Below are positions 1-11,339 of a stretch of 46,771 nucleotides of DNA, in pieces. Source of the stretch: Paecilomyces variotii (lineage: Eukaryota); the NCBI GenBank assembly GCA_004022145.1, contig RCNU01000021.1; one strand, written 5' to 3'. How positions within the stretch are numbered: the stretch's first letter is position 1; each line of letters begins with the position of its first letter. The translations under genes were made by a program, and so were the position numbers. A model generated the notes under the pieces. That model did not search any database and had not been told where the DNA came from. It saw nothing but the letters and a program-made list of their open reading frames with translations.

Positions 1-1841
1 ACTGAGAGAAAATGTTAGATGCGACAATTGTCATATCACTAGAGTCAGGAAAAACCAACCTGCTGCTTCCAGCTCTCCAATTCTTCGACAAGGAAGTTGT
101 TGCGCTTGGCGACCTTGGCCAGTTCGGTATCCATCCTTCCCTTGAGGTTAATGAAGTCCTGCCAGGCCTCCATGGCATCTCTAGAGTACTGGTTGCGCTC
201 TCTGACGATTTCATTGAGGTGTCTCATGGAGACCTTGGTCATGAGTGGCTTCTTGACGGAGCCTCCGAAGATTGCCTTCATACCGGTGTTACGGCCCTAC
301 AAGGAAGGTCAGTTATGTTCAATGGGTCTATGTAAGGTGCAAATTTACTCACCAACTTCTCGCAGACATGGTCCATGACACTCATCACAGAGTCCTGGTT
401 CCACCACTCTGGATCCTGAATACTCTCAACCTCTCCCCTCATAACAATGATTTGACCGGCGGGGATCAGCTTGCCTCCACCGTAGGCAGATCGAAGATGC
501 TGAGGGACACCGGTAGGTTGAACATCACCGTTCAGAGCCTGGGTGAGTCTGTTGATCATCTTGGTCCTCTGGCCGGGAGTCAGAATATTGGGAGGACTGG
601 AGGTCAACACGAAGTTTCGGTCCAAGTCGACGACGAGCGCATCCGAAGGGGCAGTGAAGAGCGTCCGGCATTCCGAGGTGACACCGAGGATGTATGGTCC
701 AGGCTCCTGGACAAGGTCTTTTGCGTGACGGGCGTGGACCACTGGGACGTAGAGACCGCTCCATTCGTATACTCGCACGCAGAACCGGATCGTTTCAGCG
801 GCAACAGTAAGCATCGCTGGGTAATGACTGACGAAGATAATACGGCGGGTCGGGGAAACTGCCGCTTCAATCACGCCTACGATGTTAGGGACCGACAAGC
901 AGGTAAACAACGGCCACATAGCAAAGTTCTGGAAGCCTGTAGGCGAAGATGGGAACTGGTAGCACAGTGCATAGTCTTTCATATCGATCCGCACAAGGTC
1001 GTTGAGACGAGGGGCAGGGAAACTCAGGATACGAGAGACCTCCTCCGCATGGAAGAGGTTGGTAGCCTTATTCCAGTGGATCCACATGCCACGAAGGTAA
1101 TCACCCAGCAGGTTGTAGAGAGGATAGCGAGAGAGGAAACTCAGACAGTACGGAATCCAATAGGTCTCATCGGCGCTGTCGTAGAAATCGGGCTCCGTCT
1201 TCTTGCGCAGCTCGCGGATGGTCTCCGCGCGTTTCTCATCGGCCCGCGACCACACACGGAGAGCAATACCGTAGAGTGTGTGGGAAGAATCCTGTTGCAA
1301 AACAAACGCATGGTGCACACAGTGCGGCTGGGTCTTTCCAGTGCAGATTTCGACATCATGGGGGAAGCACGCCTTTGGGTTTGTCAGTTCATATCCATTT
1401 CGTTTTGTGTCACCTGATAGCGAATCCATTTCTATTCGATAAAAGGAAGTGATATCTACTTACCCGCATGGCAGAGTGCAGAGCTCTAGCAATCTCGTTG
1501 TCCTGCTCGAGTCTAGGACTGCTTCCCAAGATTTCTGGAAGCCAGAATTGGCCCACGGCGCCTTTCATGTGCTGAATCTTTCCCTGTGCTGGCGGGGGAG
1601 CCTTCACCCATTGGGACGGCTCCCGGCCAACACCACAGACCATGTAGGCATGGGTAAGGGTTTTGGGGGTCCGCTGGGCAGGCTTAATATTCAGAGTCGA
1701 AGGAATCGGCTGCGTGATGCGAGAGTGGAGCGACGATGTACGACTGGGGATAATCAGAGAGTTGTCCTGGTCTCTGGTCGAAGGCCGATCACGCGTCGAT
1801 GGACGAACAAAGGAAGGGTGGTCCCTTAATGAAGGAGCCAT
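1..1841 (-). CDS. DENN-domain protein (putative Rab GEF), 5' part; continues beyond the left edge. Exons 1841-1464, 1372-353, 296-60; next exon starts at base 1
   Basis: Three ORF segments join in frame at phase-0 GT..AG introns (1463-1373 GTAAGT..AAG, 352-297 GTGAGT..TAG, 59-2 GTTGGT..CAG). The translation has DENN-type blocks: 'HHAFVLQQDSSHTLYGIALRVW', 'YWIPYCLSFLSRYPLY', 'RRIIFVSHYPAMLT', 'WSGLYVPVVH..LVQEPGPYILGV'. Confidence 0.88.
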
Positions 1842-4800
1842 GGTGAACGTCGGCTCACACGCGAATATCTAAGTAGTTATGTCGGGGGTGGTGGTGATTG
1901 AGGACCCGCTGTAGCAGTTGCGATTCCCCAAGACGCGATAATTTGGATTTAAGAGATCCCGGTGTATGGGATGTAGAACGAGAGAGCCAAATCCGCAGAA
2001 ATTAAGCAGTAGAAATTAAGGATCAGGAACCGCAGCGCTTCTCGAGCGTGCGAAGGGGCGCCACCTGGAAAGGGGGTTCAAGGGAGTGATATAGATTCAC
2101 TGCCGACTCAATAGAGCGATGGACATCTCCAGCTCGACGGTCAACCTCCAAACAGACTGAAGGAGGACACAGAACGGGCCTCTTCTCACCAGGACGATGG
2201 GAGTCTGGAGAGGAGTGAAAAGGCAGAGAAAAAGAAGAGACAAGCTGGAAGGGTCGGAGTGGGAGCTTGGGGGAGATTATCACGGGTCCGGCGGCCAGCA
2301 GTAGTTCTGCTCCCTAATCGCGACGGCGCGGACTCAGTTAGCCTTGAAGTCGTCTAGTCAGGAACAGCAACGATGGCCACGGACAAGCTCCCGCTTCAGG
2401 GATCCCAGAGCATATCCTCTTCGTTAGAGTGCGACCAGCAATCGCCCTAAAGCGCCTGTGCGTGGGACCGGTCAGAGCGCCGGCCGTTCCAGCGTCCCAC
2501 GCGAGGCGATTCCTCCACGAGAGCCGGAAGAATACGAAACAGGGCCATGATCGATGATAACGGAGCCCAGAATAATCATGCAGGGGTTGTGGCGGGCAGA
2601 AAGGGTTCGATCGACTGAGAAGTGTGGGTTGTGGACTCTGGAGTTGGTCGTGGTTGGAGTTGAGCTGGGAGCTCCCACCGCTCCTATCGAACAGATCAGG
2701 GGTTCAAAGCAGACAAGAGCACGGTTCAACCCCTCAGAAGTTCGTTCAACTGCAAAGCTACTACGGAGTACTAGATACTGCACTCTATATCGCAGGCGTG
2801 CAGTAGTCTATGCGGCTACCATCTCGCAGACAAAAAAGAATTACGGAGTGCAGATAGCCCTGCCAGTGGGGGACTTGATGGATGATGGCACTGATTATGT
2901 GCAGCGCCCACAATGCAAAGGCCCGTATTCTTCTGGTTCTACGACGCCAACAGGGCCACATGGCGGGTTGATGCCTTCAACCGCGAGAAATGGACGAGCT
3001 GGAAATGAAATTAAGCGAGATTGAGCGGTGGCACATCTTCAACGATGGAATCACATCGTATTGGAAGTACGTATGTACAGGACAACCATGCTTCTCTGCG
3101 ATGCATATGACTGCCGTCTTCTCTTCTATCCAGCTTCTTGATCGCACCAGCATGAGTTACGCGCGGCCTGCTGGTAGGATGGATCGATATTATCTGCTCA
3201 GCATCCGCCCATCCGCCGCAATCCGGTACTTCATCCTCCGTTCCTGTCTGGGACCAGGTGGTTGAATGCCTGAAGATCGGCGCTCTCAGAAACCCAGAAG
3301 GTGCAGGCCATTCAGTTATAATTATCGCAGGACTCTATTGAAACATGGGGTGCCTCTGATGGATAAGGAGAACTGGCCCATCACCAACGGTAGAAACACC
3401 GCTAAAATAACGACTTTATGCATTGCTCAATTGATGTTCGCTACAATATCCTTTGGGGGTTCTACTCGTATGGTGTACACTGTACACTACACTAACACTG
3501 CGAGGAAAGGCATCTGCTGCTGCGGACTCTGCAGAGCAGAGCATCAATGCTGGAGCCCATGGTGGCTAATTTCCATCTGCCTCTTCCCGACAGCACCGTG
3601 AGGCGTTTGAGTTGCTTGGCCGCCAGACCGTCGTGCACGAGACCAACGCCGTCCTTCTGTACCTGCTGCTTCCCCTGAGAGTCTGGATGGGCAGCAGTCG
3701 TGCTCTCAGTTCTGATGTGTCGAGAACTGCCAGTGGATAGGTGTTTCGGACCAGCCCCTCGTCCTGCATATCTCTGTCTGCTAATCTGTCGCAGAACTCC
3801 AGCTCTCGGGAACGAATATGCAGCTCGTCACAATAATACGGTAGCTGCAAATTTCGACTGCTCACAGCTGCAGAGCCGATCATCAGAATGGCGTTGCCCG
3901 CTTCATCCCTTTGGCTCTGCAGACCCACAACGTCACCTTTGGACTCCAAATCGCTTTGCCCGCTTTCGATCCAGAGCCTGGAACCGGTTCCCGCGCCGTC
4001 TTCCAGTCCCGAATTCTGCTTGCCAGAACGCTGGCTTTATGGAAAAATCAAATTCGCCCATTGGTTGGCCTGGAAGAGCACGTACCACAGATCTAACTTC
4101 GACCCCTGACACTACTCCGTAGTTAGTTCATCTATCGACCAAACTTCGCACCCAGGAAAAGCGCGAAAACCACAGCGTCCTGATACTAGTTACCTTTAAA
4201 ATAGGAGTTTAAAGGGTTCCAAACGCTGAAGCGCGCCGGGGAGGCTAGATCAACATGATAACTAACTATCCTTGGAGAACGTCATATTCGGCACCTATTA
4301 ATAAGGGTGTTTAAGGCACAACTCCTTGTTGATAAAACCCCAGCCTATGACCGAATGAATGCTCCTATTCAGCGCTAGCGACTCGGAGAGAACAGTAAAA
4401 CCGTTGGAGACGATGTTCTGCGATACAAACGGAATCGATGAACTGCGCGCAATTTGCGCACAGGGCTGATTGGTTCCCATGGGCTCGCACCCGAGCTTTC
4501 GATAGTCTGGAGATCCTACCCAGAGTACAGGTAACAATAATTATAACCTCCAGTGAACTCCATACGGAGTAGGCATTCAAAGAAAGCAGTTAAGTTAATA
4601 CGTGTTCTTCAATTTTCCGGTGATTTGTGTCCTGGCTATTAGAAGAGACTCTACTAATGCATAAAATCCACTCTAGGTACTGCATAGTCTTCGAGCGTAT
4701 GTACAACATTTGCCACGCCTTTACTTGACTGCACTTCCCACTTGTTAGCCGGAATCTATGCATTCGATCTGCAGATCTCTTTTTTATTGCGATATTCTCT

Positions 4801-7435
4801 GGTGTCAGACGTGCCTGTATCCTGGTCTTTAGGCCTTGACAAATCACTCTGGCTTAGTTGCGATTAAAGTTTTTCGCTTTAGATCTCATTGGGAACGCGA
4901 GGCTGTGCGTCGGTCGATCGATCTCACGATGTCTGTCCTCGTGTCTCTGCTGATAAACTAGGTATTACATTTTATCAGAAGGCAGAAAAAGACAAAACAA
5001 CCAGTGATTATATCTCCGGCAAATTATCCGGGTTTGTGGCTCATTCTACAGACCATACCGCGAGAATCGGCAATCCGGAAGCCGAGAATACAGTTCATAT
5101 CGGCGGCTCGGCTCATCCTGGTTCTCGCCCCTCTTCTCAACCTCACTTCAGCTTCTTTTACAAATACTAGTCCCCTCGAATAATAATAATCCCTCTGGGA
5201 TGCCGGTTCAACATGTTTTCTGCAGCCTGAGCCTCTTTGGACCCATTTTATTCCCAGTTCACCGCTTCTTATGCCGTAAGTGCGAACGGTGGATCTCGAT
5301 GCCGTCCACGAACCGTGGGTAAGAGGGGTTTTAGTGGGACTTTGAGGTCAAAGACGTGGATTCGGTCGATGCATCCCGCGGCAGAGATTCAGGTACGCAT
5401 CCGTACTCTAGCCCACTATTATTCCCGCAGAATGCCATTATTGTTCTTCTTATCCCTTGACCCCGCGTGTACCATAATCACATCCGGTGCAAGGGGGAAG
5501 TCATCAAGGGATTGGCCACAGGACGCATACAGAGAATCTCCCATCGCTTTTCCACAGCTACTGCGTCCCTTGGCACAGCAAGGATGTGAGATCTAACTGG
5601 ACGTTTCAAGTTCTAATATTATTACTATATGAATACCCAGGTAAGTGGGGACAGCTAGTACCTGTTTCGTTTTAGAGTCGATGTCGACTTCAGCTTCATC
5701 GCGTCAGCTTTTGCTTCGGCCGAACGTACACCGCTCCGGGAAGCGCGCCCAATCCTTGAAGAGACTAAGTAAAACTTCATGGATGATGGAACACCCTTAT
5801 CACATTATTCAATACAGTGATCGATATCGCAGAGGTTTCCAAGCTAATAAGGAAGAACAGACGGAAAGTAGATGTGTCAGCTGCCTTTTAGTTGATCTCG
5901 ACATCTGCTGTACGGAGTATAGCAGTAATATTTAAATAATCAACTATTTGAAACTCTAAAATCGACGATGTCGCAAAGCAATCGATGCAGCAAGTCTGTT
6001 GTAGAATGCTTCCTTGGAGAGCTCTTCAGAATTTCAATCAATACCGGAGCATAAAAGAAACCCTTGCAAGTGAAATACATTCTCGAATTCCTACTTTCTG
6101 TAATGACTCTCTCTTTCCAAAAACCTATTTATTTATTATTCGTGTCTCGCATATATTATCAGCCGTTATAAATATGAAAGTCTCTACTTCCCATCATACA
6201 CCTTATATTTCATACTAACTTCCAACATAATCTCTCACGTAAATCATCCCCATACACCTTCTCCCTCAACCTAGCACCCCGCAGAGAACCATACAACCCC
6301 CCCCTCCCAACCCTCTTCGTACTTCCCATCATCTCCTCCCTCAGTCCGGGCGATTAGAATCATGAAAATAGGGAATATCTCAACTGAAGTCGGGTGTCGA
6401 CCGCCCCATTTCACGAATTACTTCGACTCAAGAGAAGCGAGTTAGAATGCGAAGATCACTTCTGCACGAGTAGTCAGTCCCGAACACGATATCTTCTGGA
6501 GATGTACTCGTCTAGAACAGAACGGAACAGAAAGATTGTTCATTGAGTTGAGGAGATAGATCAAGGATATGTACATACATATTATACATTAGGTATATAC
6601 ACCATCGAGACGTTGCAGGATAGGGGGAACATAACTTTCGTTTGCGTAGATATGTTATTCATCCGCAATTAGATAATTACCTACATACCCGTTTATCATG
6701 TTCCATTACATCACTACTAGAAGTCCAAGGCAACTAACTATGAAGTTAGTTAGCTTACGTATATAGTACATACATACATACCTAGGTACCCAATGAAGGT
6801 CGGATACTTAGTTAGAGCTTGAGATGTCGATGCTTTCTTCCAGGGAACTATGATGTCCGAACAAACAGACCTCCAATCAAGTGAAAGCGTTTTGCAACGA
6901 CAGAGAGTCAAGTATCATACGACGAAACGCTTTTGTTTTCTATCGCAATAAACCCCAGGCTGCTTATCTGGTTCAATGATGTCGGTGATCGTCAATTTCC
7001 AACTCTGGTCGGAAGGCGGAGAGTAGATCTTAGGAGGACGCTCCAAGAGGCAATATCTACAGCTATTCTACTCTAAGTTGTCAGAGCTTATGAGCTCATA
7101 GATCAGCTCTCTCTTATCAAGGGCCCAGGCACTTGCACGGGCCTGCGTCTCAAGTCTTAACTCAGTACGTCACAACTCAAAAGAATTATTAGATAAGCCT
7201 CAATTAAATTTGCCCCGAATACGGAGCCCAAATCAGATTCCTCAGCATCTAGATACTCACGAATGACAGAATTTCTAAGCATGAACTTAAATGCCCAGTC
7301 TATGTTTGTCTATCAACCCTCTATGTCGTGTGTTTTTTCCCAAATACGCACGTAATCAAAATGTAAAACAACGCTTGCCAAACGCAGGTGCACCATTTTT
7401 TTTAATGCCAAGCCAAAAGCTCCCAGCTGTGGCGT

Positions 7436-8948
7436 TTAGTCAACGTACTTGGGAAGCGTCTTCATGACACCGTCCCGGGCAATGTCTTCCATAGCCTTGG
7501 TGATCTCCTTGAGGAATCGCTCGTCGGTGCGCAGATCGTCACCGAACAAGGTCGTGATGCTAAGCAGCTCTCTCGGGTCGCTACCCTCCTGCGCGAGCCT
7601 TGGCCTGAAGCTCCTCGCGCATGGGGTCGTCGACGGTGAACGTGTTGCCGTTGTCGTCGACGCCGTTGATGTAACGGAACCAAGCGGCTGCAACGAAGAC
7701 CAGGCGGCGGAACGGGCCTGTGACCCACATCGACTCGGCGATCGAGGGCATGATGAACTGGGGAATCTTGCCGGAAGCATTCAGACAGATACGGGGCAGC
7801 TGGTCCATGATTGTGGGGTTGGAGAAGCGCTCGATGAGCGTCTTGCAGTACTGATCAATGTCGACGCCTGGGATCTCGGGTAAGAGAGGCTTCACCTCCT
7901 CCTGCATCATCTGCCAGACGAACTTGCTGAAGAGCGGGTCCTGCATGACCTCGTGGACGTATTTGAAGCCAGCCAGCTGACCGGGGTAGCCAATGGCCGA
8001 GTGGGAGCCGTTGAGCAGACGCAGCTTGTGCTTCTCGAACTGCTCGACTTCCTTGACATTCTTGACGATCTGGACACCGGCCTTCTCGAATGGAGGGCGG
8101 CCGTCACAGAAGTGGTCCTCGATAACCCACTGCATGAAGGGCTCCGTGACGACTGGCCATGAGTCCTCAATGCCAAACTCCTCTGCGAGCGCCTTCTTGT
8201 CGGCGGGTGATGTCTGAGGGGTGATACGGTCGACCATGGCGTTGGGGAAGTGGCCCTTGGTGTTGATCCACTCCGCGACCTCGGGATCGCGCAGGCGAGC
8301 AAACGACGTGAGCATGTGGCGCGTGATGGCACCGTTCTTCAGCATGTTATCGCAGGACATGACGGTGAAGGGGTTAAGTCCTTGCTGGCGGCGGCGGACC
8401 ATGGCGGCGTAGAGGAAACCGAAAGTGGTGCGCGGGGCCTTCTCGTTGGCCGGGTCAAGGTCGAACTGAATGTCAGGGTGCTCGCTCTGGAGCTCGTGGG
8501 TGTTCTCGTTGTAGTAGTAACCGCTCTCCGTGATGGTGAGCGAGACAATGTGGGTATCAGGGTGTGCCATCTTGGCAATGACGGCCTCACGGTCATCAGG
8601 GGCAAAGAGGTATGAGTTGATACTGCCGACGACGTTGGCAAAGCTTCCCTTGGCCGAACGCTCAATGACGGTGTAGAGGTGGTCCTGGGATCTCAGGGCA
8701 TCACGCATGCCCGCATCGAAGGGCTGCAGACCAACACCGCAGATTGCGTAGTCGGTCACGCCATGCTTCTGCATCAACTCGTGGACGTAGACAGCCAGGT
8801 GAGCTCTGTGGAAGCCTCCAACACCAACGTGGACAATTCCCTCCTTAACAGCAGGACCACGCTGGTAGGTAGGAACCCTGACCTTGGCGGCACCTGCGGC
8901 GGCCGCGATCTGCGAAAGGTTCTTGCTGTTGAGCTTGAGGGGAGCCAT
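7436..8948 (-). CDS. Mannitol 2-dehydrogenase (long-chain polyol dehydrogenase family), intronless, with a +1 frameshift at 7584-7586; 503 aa if one G is removed
   Basis: Motifs 'IVHVGVGGFHRAH', 'IVSLTITESGY', 'FTVMSCDN', 'FPNAMVDRITP', 'EPFMQWVIED', 'KLRLLNGSH'. The 455-aa ORF stops at GGA GGG TAG; the expected C-terminus 'SDPRELLSITTLFGDDLR...TLPKYVD' is in the adjacent frame ending at 7436. Confidence 0.93.
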
Positions 8949-9039
8949 TATTATGGGGATGAGAGAGACTGAATTGAATGAATGAACGACAAGAGCGTCA
9001 TGAGTTGTAAATTTCCGCGACTTTTAACTTAAAGAGATT

Positions 9040-9400
9040 GAATTAATTATATAAGCATGTCTGCAATGGCCGCTTTCGGCTGCCGTAGCTATCAGCACTC
9101 GCGGGGTTGGCTTTTGCCACAAGCATTTGGAATAACTTGGACAATATGACATCAAGACGGGTCCGCTCGCATCAGAATAGCCATGAATAGCCATGAATCA
9201 GCATCCAGTTGTGATGGGAAGTTGCCGTCAATAATAATGATAATGGCTGGCTCTCCATCCTGATGGCATGAATGCGATGCGGCTTCATGTTTGGCGGGGT
9301 GTCCCAATTCGATATGACGCTTGAGTTAAGCCGGAGAAGGATAGTTAGATAGCTTTATCGTGGGAAAAAAAGGGGGAGGGGCGCGGAGGTGGAAGTTTGG
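9040..9400 (-). promoter_or_regulatory. Putative promoter of the mannitol dehydrogenase gene: TATA-like element and a cluster of CreA-type SYGGRG sites
   Basis: TATATAA at 9047-9053, about 100 nt upstream of the ATG. SYGGRG matches at 9101, 9294, 9331 and 9383. Tandem GAATAGCCAT x2 at 9176-9195. These are short motifs and function is inferred. Confidence 0.4.
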
Positions 9401-9464
9401 GGTAAAATACACGCTCACCGGGTCTCACTTGTGTCACGTAAAATACGGTGACGTGCCGCCATAC

Positions 9465-10175
9465 CGTATTGGACTTAGCGCAATACAAGAGCTTACTGCG
9501 AACGGATTGGTAAATAACAGACAAAGGCCGATATTATTGTCGTCGTCGCTACCGGCTTCAAGAATGGCTTTCTTCCTCTGCTCCCTACAATGGGAGAGAA
9601 TGAATTGGATCTGAGCAAATCATAGGCTGCGGACGGACCCATCGGATATCCAAAAACATCCTCTGGTGTCATGGTGTCGAACGTTCCCAACTAGTTACAG
9701 GCAAGCTTCTCACATTCTTCTGCGTGGCCACGAACAGCGCAGGCAGCACCTTTCTCTTCAGGCTGAGATCTCTGCAACTTATATTTCAAAGGTCATTCGA
9801 ATGTCCAGGAACAGGGGATACGTCGCTGTCCACGCCATTGAAGAAGCAACTGATGATTTCAATGATATAGTCGAGTCCTAAGGTAATTAAAGGATGACTG
9901 CGACGGCTGGTGGAAGAGCGGATATGGCAAATCAAGACTTCTTATTCTGTGGCCTGGAACTGGCCATTATCGATTCGACATCAGTCGAGACCCACGATGG
10001 GAAGACTTTGTCTTTGAAAGAACTGAAGAGGGAAAAGGGAACATATATTTGAATACTTTGGAAATGGATACACTGAGCGTGTGAAGAAAGGAGACGTCCC
10101 CCTCCTGATAAAGTACCCCAAGGAGGTGGGAAGTGTCGACTTCGTCACGCTGCATGAGAATTGTAATGATCAATG
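9465..10175 (+). pseudogene. Decayed C-terminal half of a flavin-binding (Baeyer-Villiger/StcW-MoxY-like) monooxygenase
   Basis: Collinear fragments across frameshifts and stops: 'IQELTANGLV', 'ADIIVVVATGF' (ATGF at 9548-9559), 'G.N.LDLSKS*AADGPIGYPKT..GVMV..VPN*', 'AEISATYISKV...EATDDFNDIV', 'DDCDGWWKSGYGKSRLLILWPG' (W at 9950), 'RDPRWEDFVFER' (9992-10009), 'FEYFGNGYTER' (10057-10068). Confidence 0.8.
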
Positions 10176-11339
10176 AGTTCGATAGAGTTTCGTCTGTATT
10201 TTATGTAGTTTATTTCAGTATATAGACTGCTTAAGCTTGCAGCAACAAGCGCTAAGTAGAGTTTATTTCAAGTGACCCTCACGAAGACTATCTAGAATAG
10301 GGACCTGAACATGGTGCGTTAGATGTCATCTTTCCTTAGCCCGAACGCAGGAAAGCCCAAAGCAAATTATTGTGTATTCCTGCGAAACGATTGAACAAAA
10401 GGACAATTATCGAGCGAATTGGGAGCATAAAATTAAAACTTTCTGCTAAGGCTTGCACACATACTAATTCTAAGGTACCAAATGTATTACTGTAATTGGC
10501 GACAGTATCCTTGCCATTGAGCTGAGTTACCTAGAGCTCAGCCAACTCAGCTCAACCATGCAATTATCTACAACTTTCCTAGTATAGTATTCTAGATAAA
10601 TTAATCTTTGACTTCTATTCAACTTAATTCACTAAGAACAAAGACTCGACACCCTCCCATGGGATCGGCAGCGCGCATAAGACGACCCGATATGTAGACG
10701 GAATCAAAGGAGGACCAAATCAGCTCCGCTAACACTAGAATAGGTCTTCTCTTCTAGCGGTGTGGAATTATGGTTACGCGGGTATGATTATCTGCGCTAA
10801 TCCACTTCTTGATTCTTGCAGCGAAGTGTTTAGTGTATGCACGCATGCATGCAAAGTACGAGATGCGGAGTCAGGTACACAATTGGGTCTAGACTTAGTT
10901 ATGCTTACTTTGGAGAATGTAAGAAGGGATATACCTAGGTACGTATAAGTCTATTGAGTAAATGCTGAATACACTCTCATATGTACTATGCAGGGTACCT
11001 TTTGGTTCCTGGATCTGCTGTGATCTATACCATAGAGATCCTACACCGCAACTGCGGGGGGATGTGATAGGTTCGGTACGACTGAGCTGGCTTTGACCTG
11101 CCGTGATTTTGCGGTGGACTATCGTTTCTACTTTATCGACGAAGAGCTATAAGTTCATGACGATGTTTGAATCATTAGTTGCAAAGTAACGTCGAGACAA
11201 GAGTCTATTCAATGAATCGCTAATATCACACCGAGGGGTATCTGATTCGCCTTCATACGGCACCAAGGACATAAGCGTAATTTCGGATGACCTTATGATC
11301 TCTGACTCCTATCTAGCCATCCTAAAAAAAACCCCTGAG

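Noticed and set aside
272..1417. 381-aa plus-strand ORF
   Set aside because: Exactly antisense to exon 2 of the DENN gene with no recognisable motifs; consistent with a codon-bias shadow.
2850..4120. Protein-like fragments on + (e.g. 'NGVARFIPLALQTHNVTFGLQIALPAF')
   Set aside because: Could be an old pseudogene, but no family motif was recognised and no consistent gene model could be built.
7449..8972. Several overlapping ORFs on both strands within the mannitol dehydrogenase gene
   Set aside because: By-products of high GC at third codon positions; only the frame carrying the true C-terminus is meaningful.
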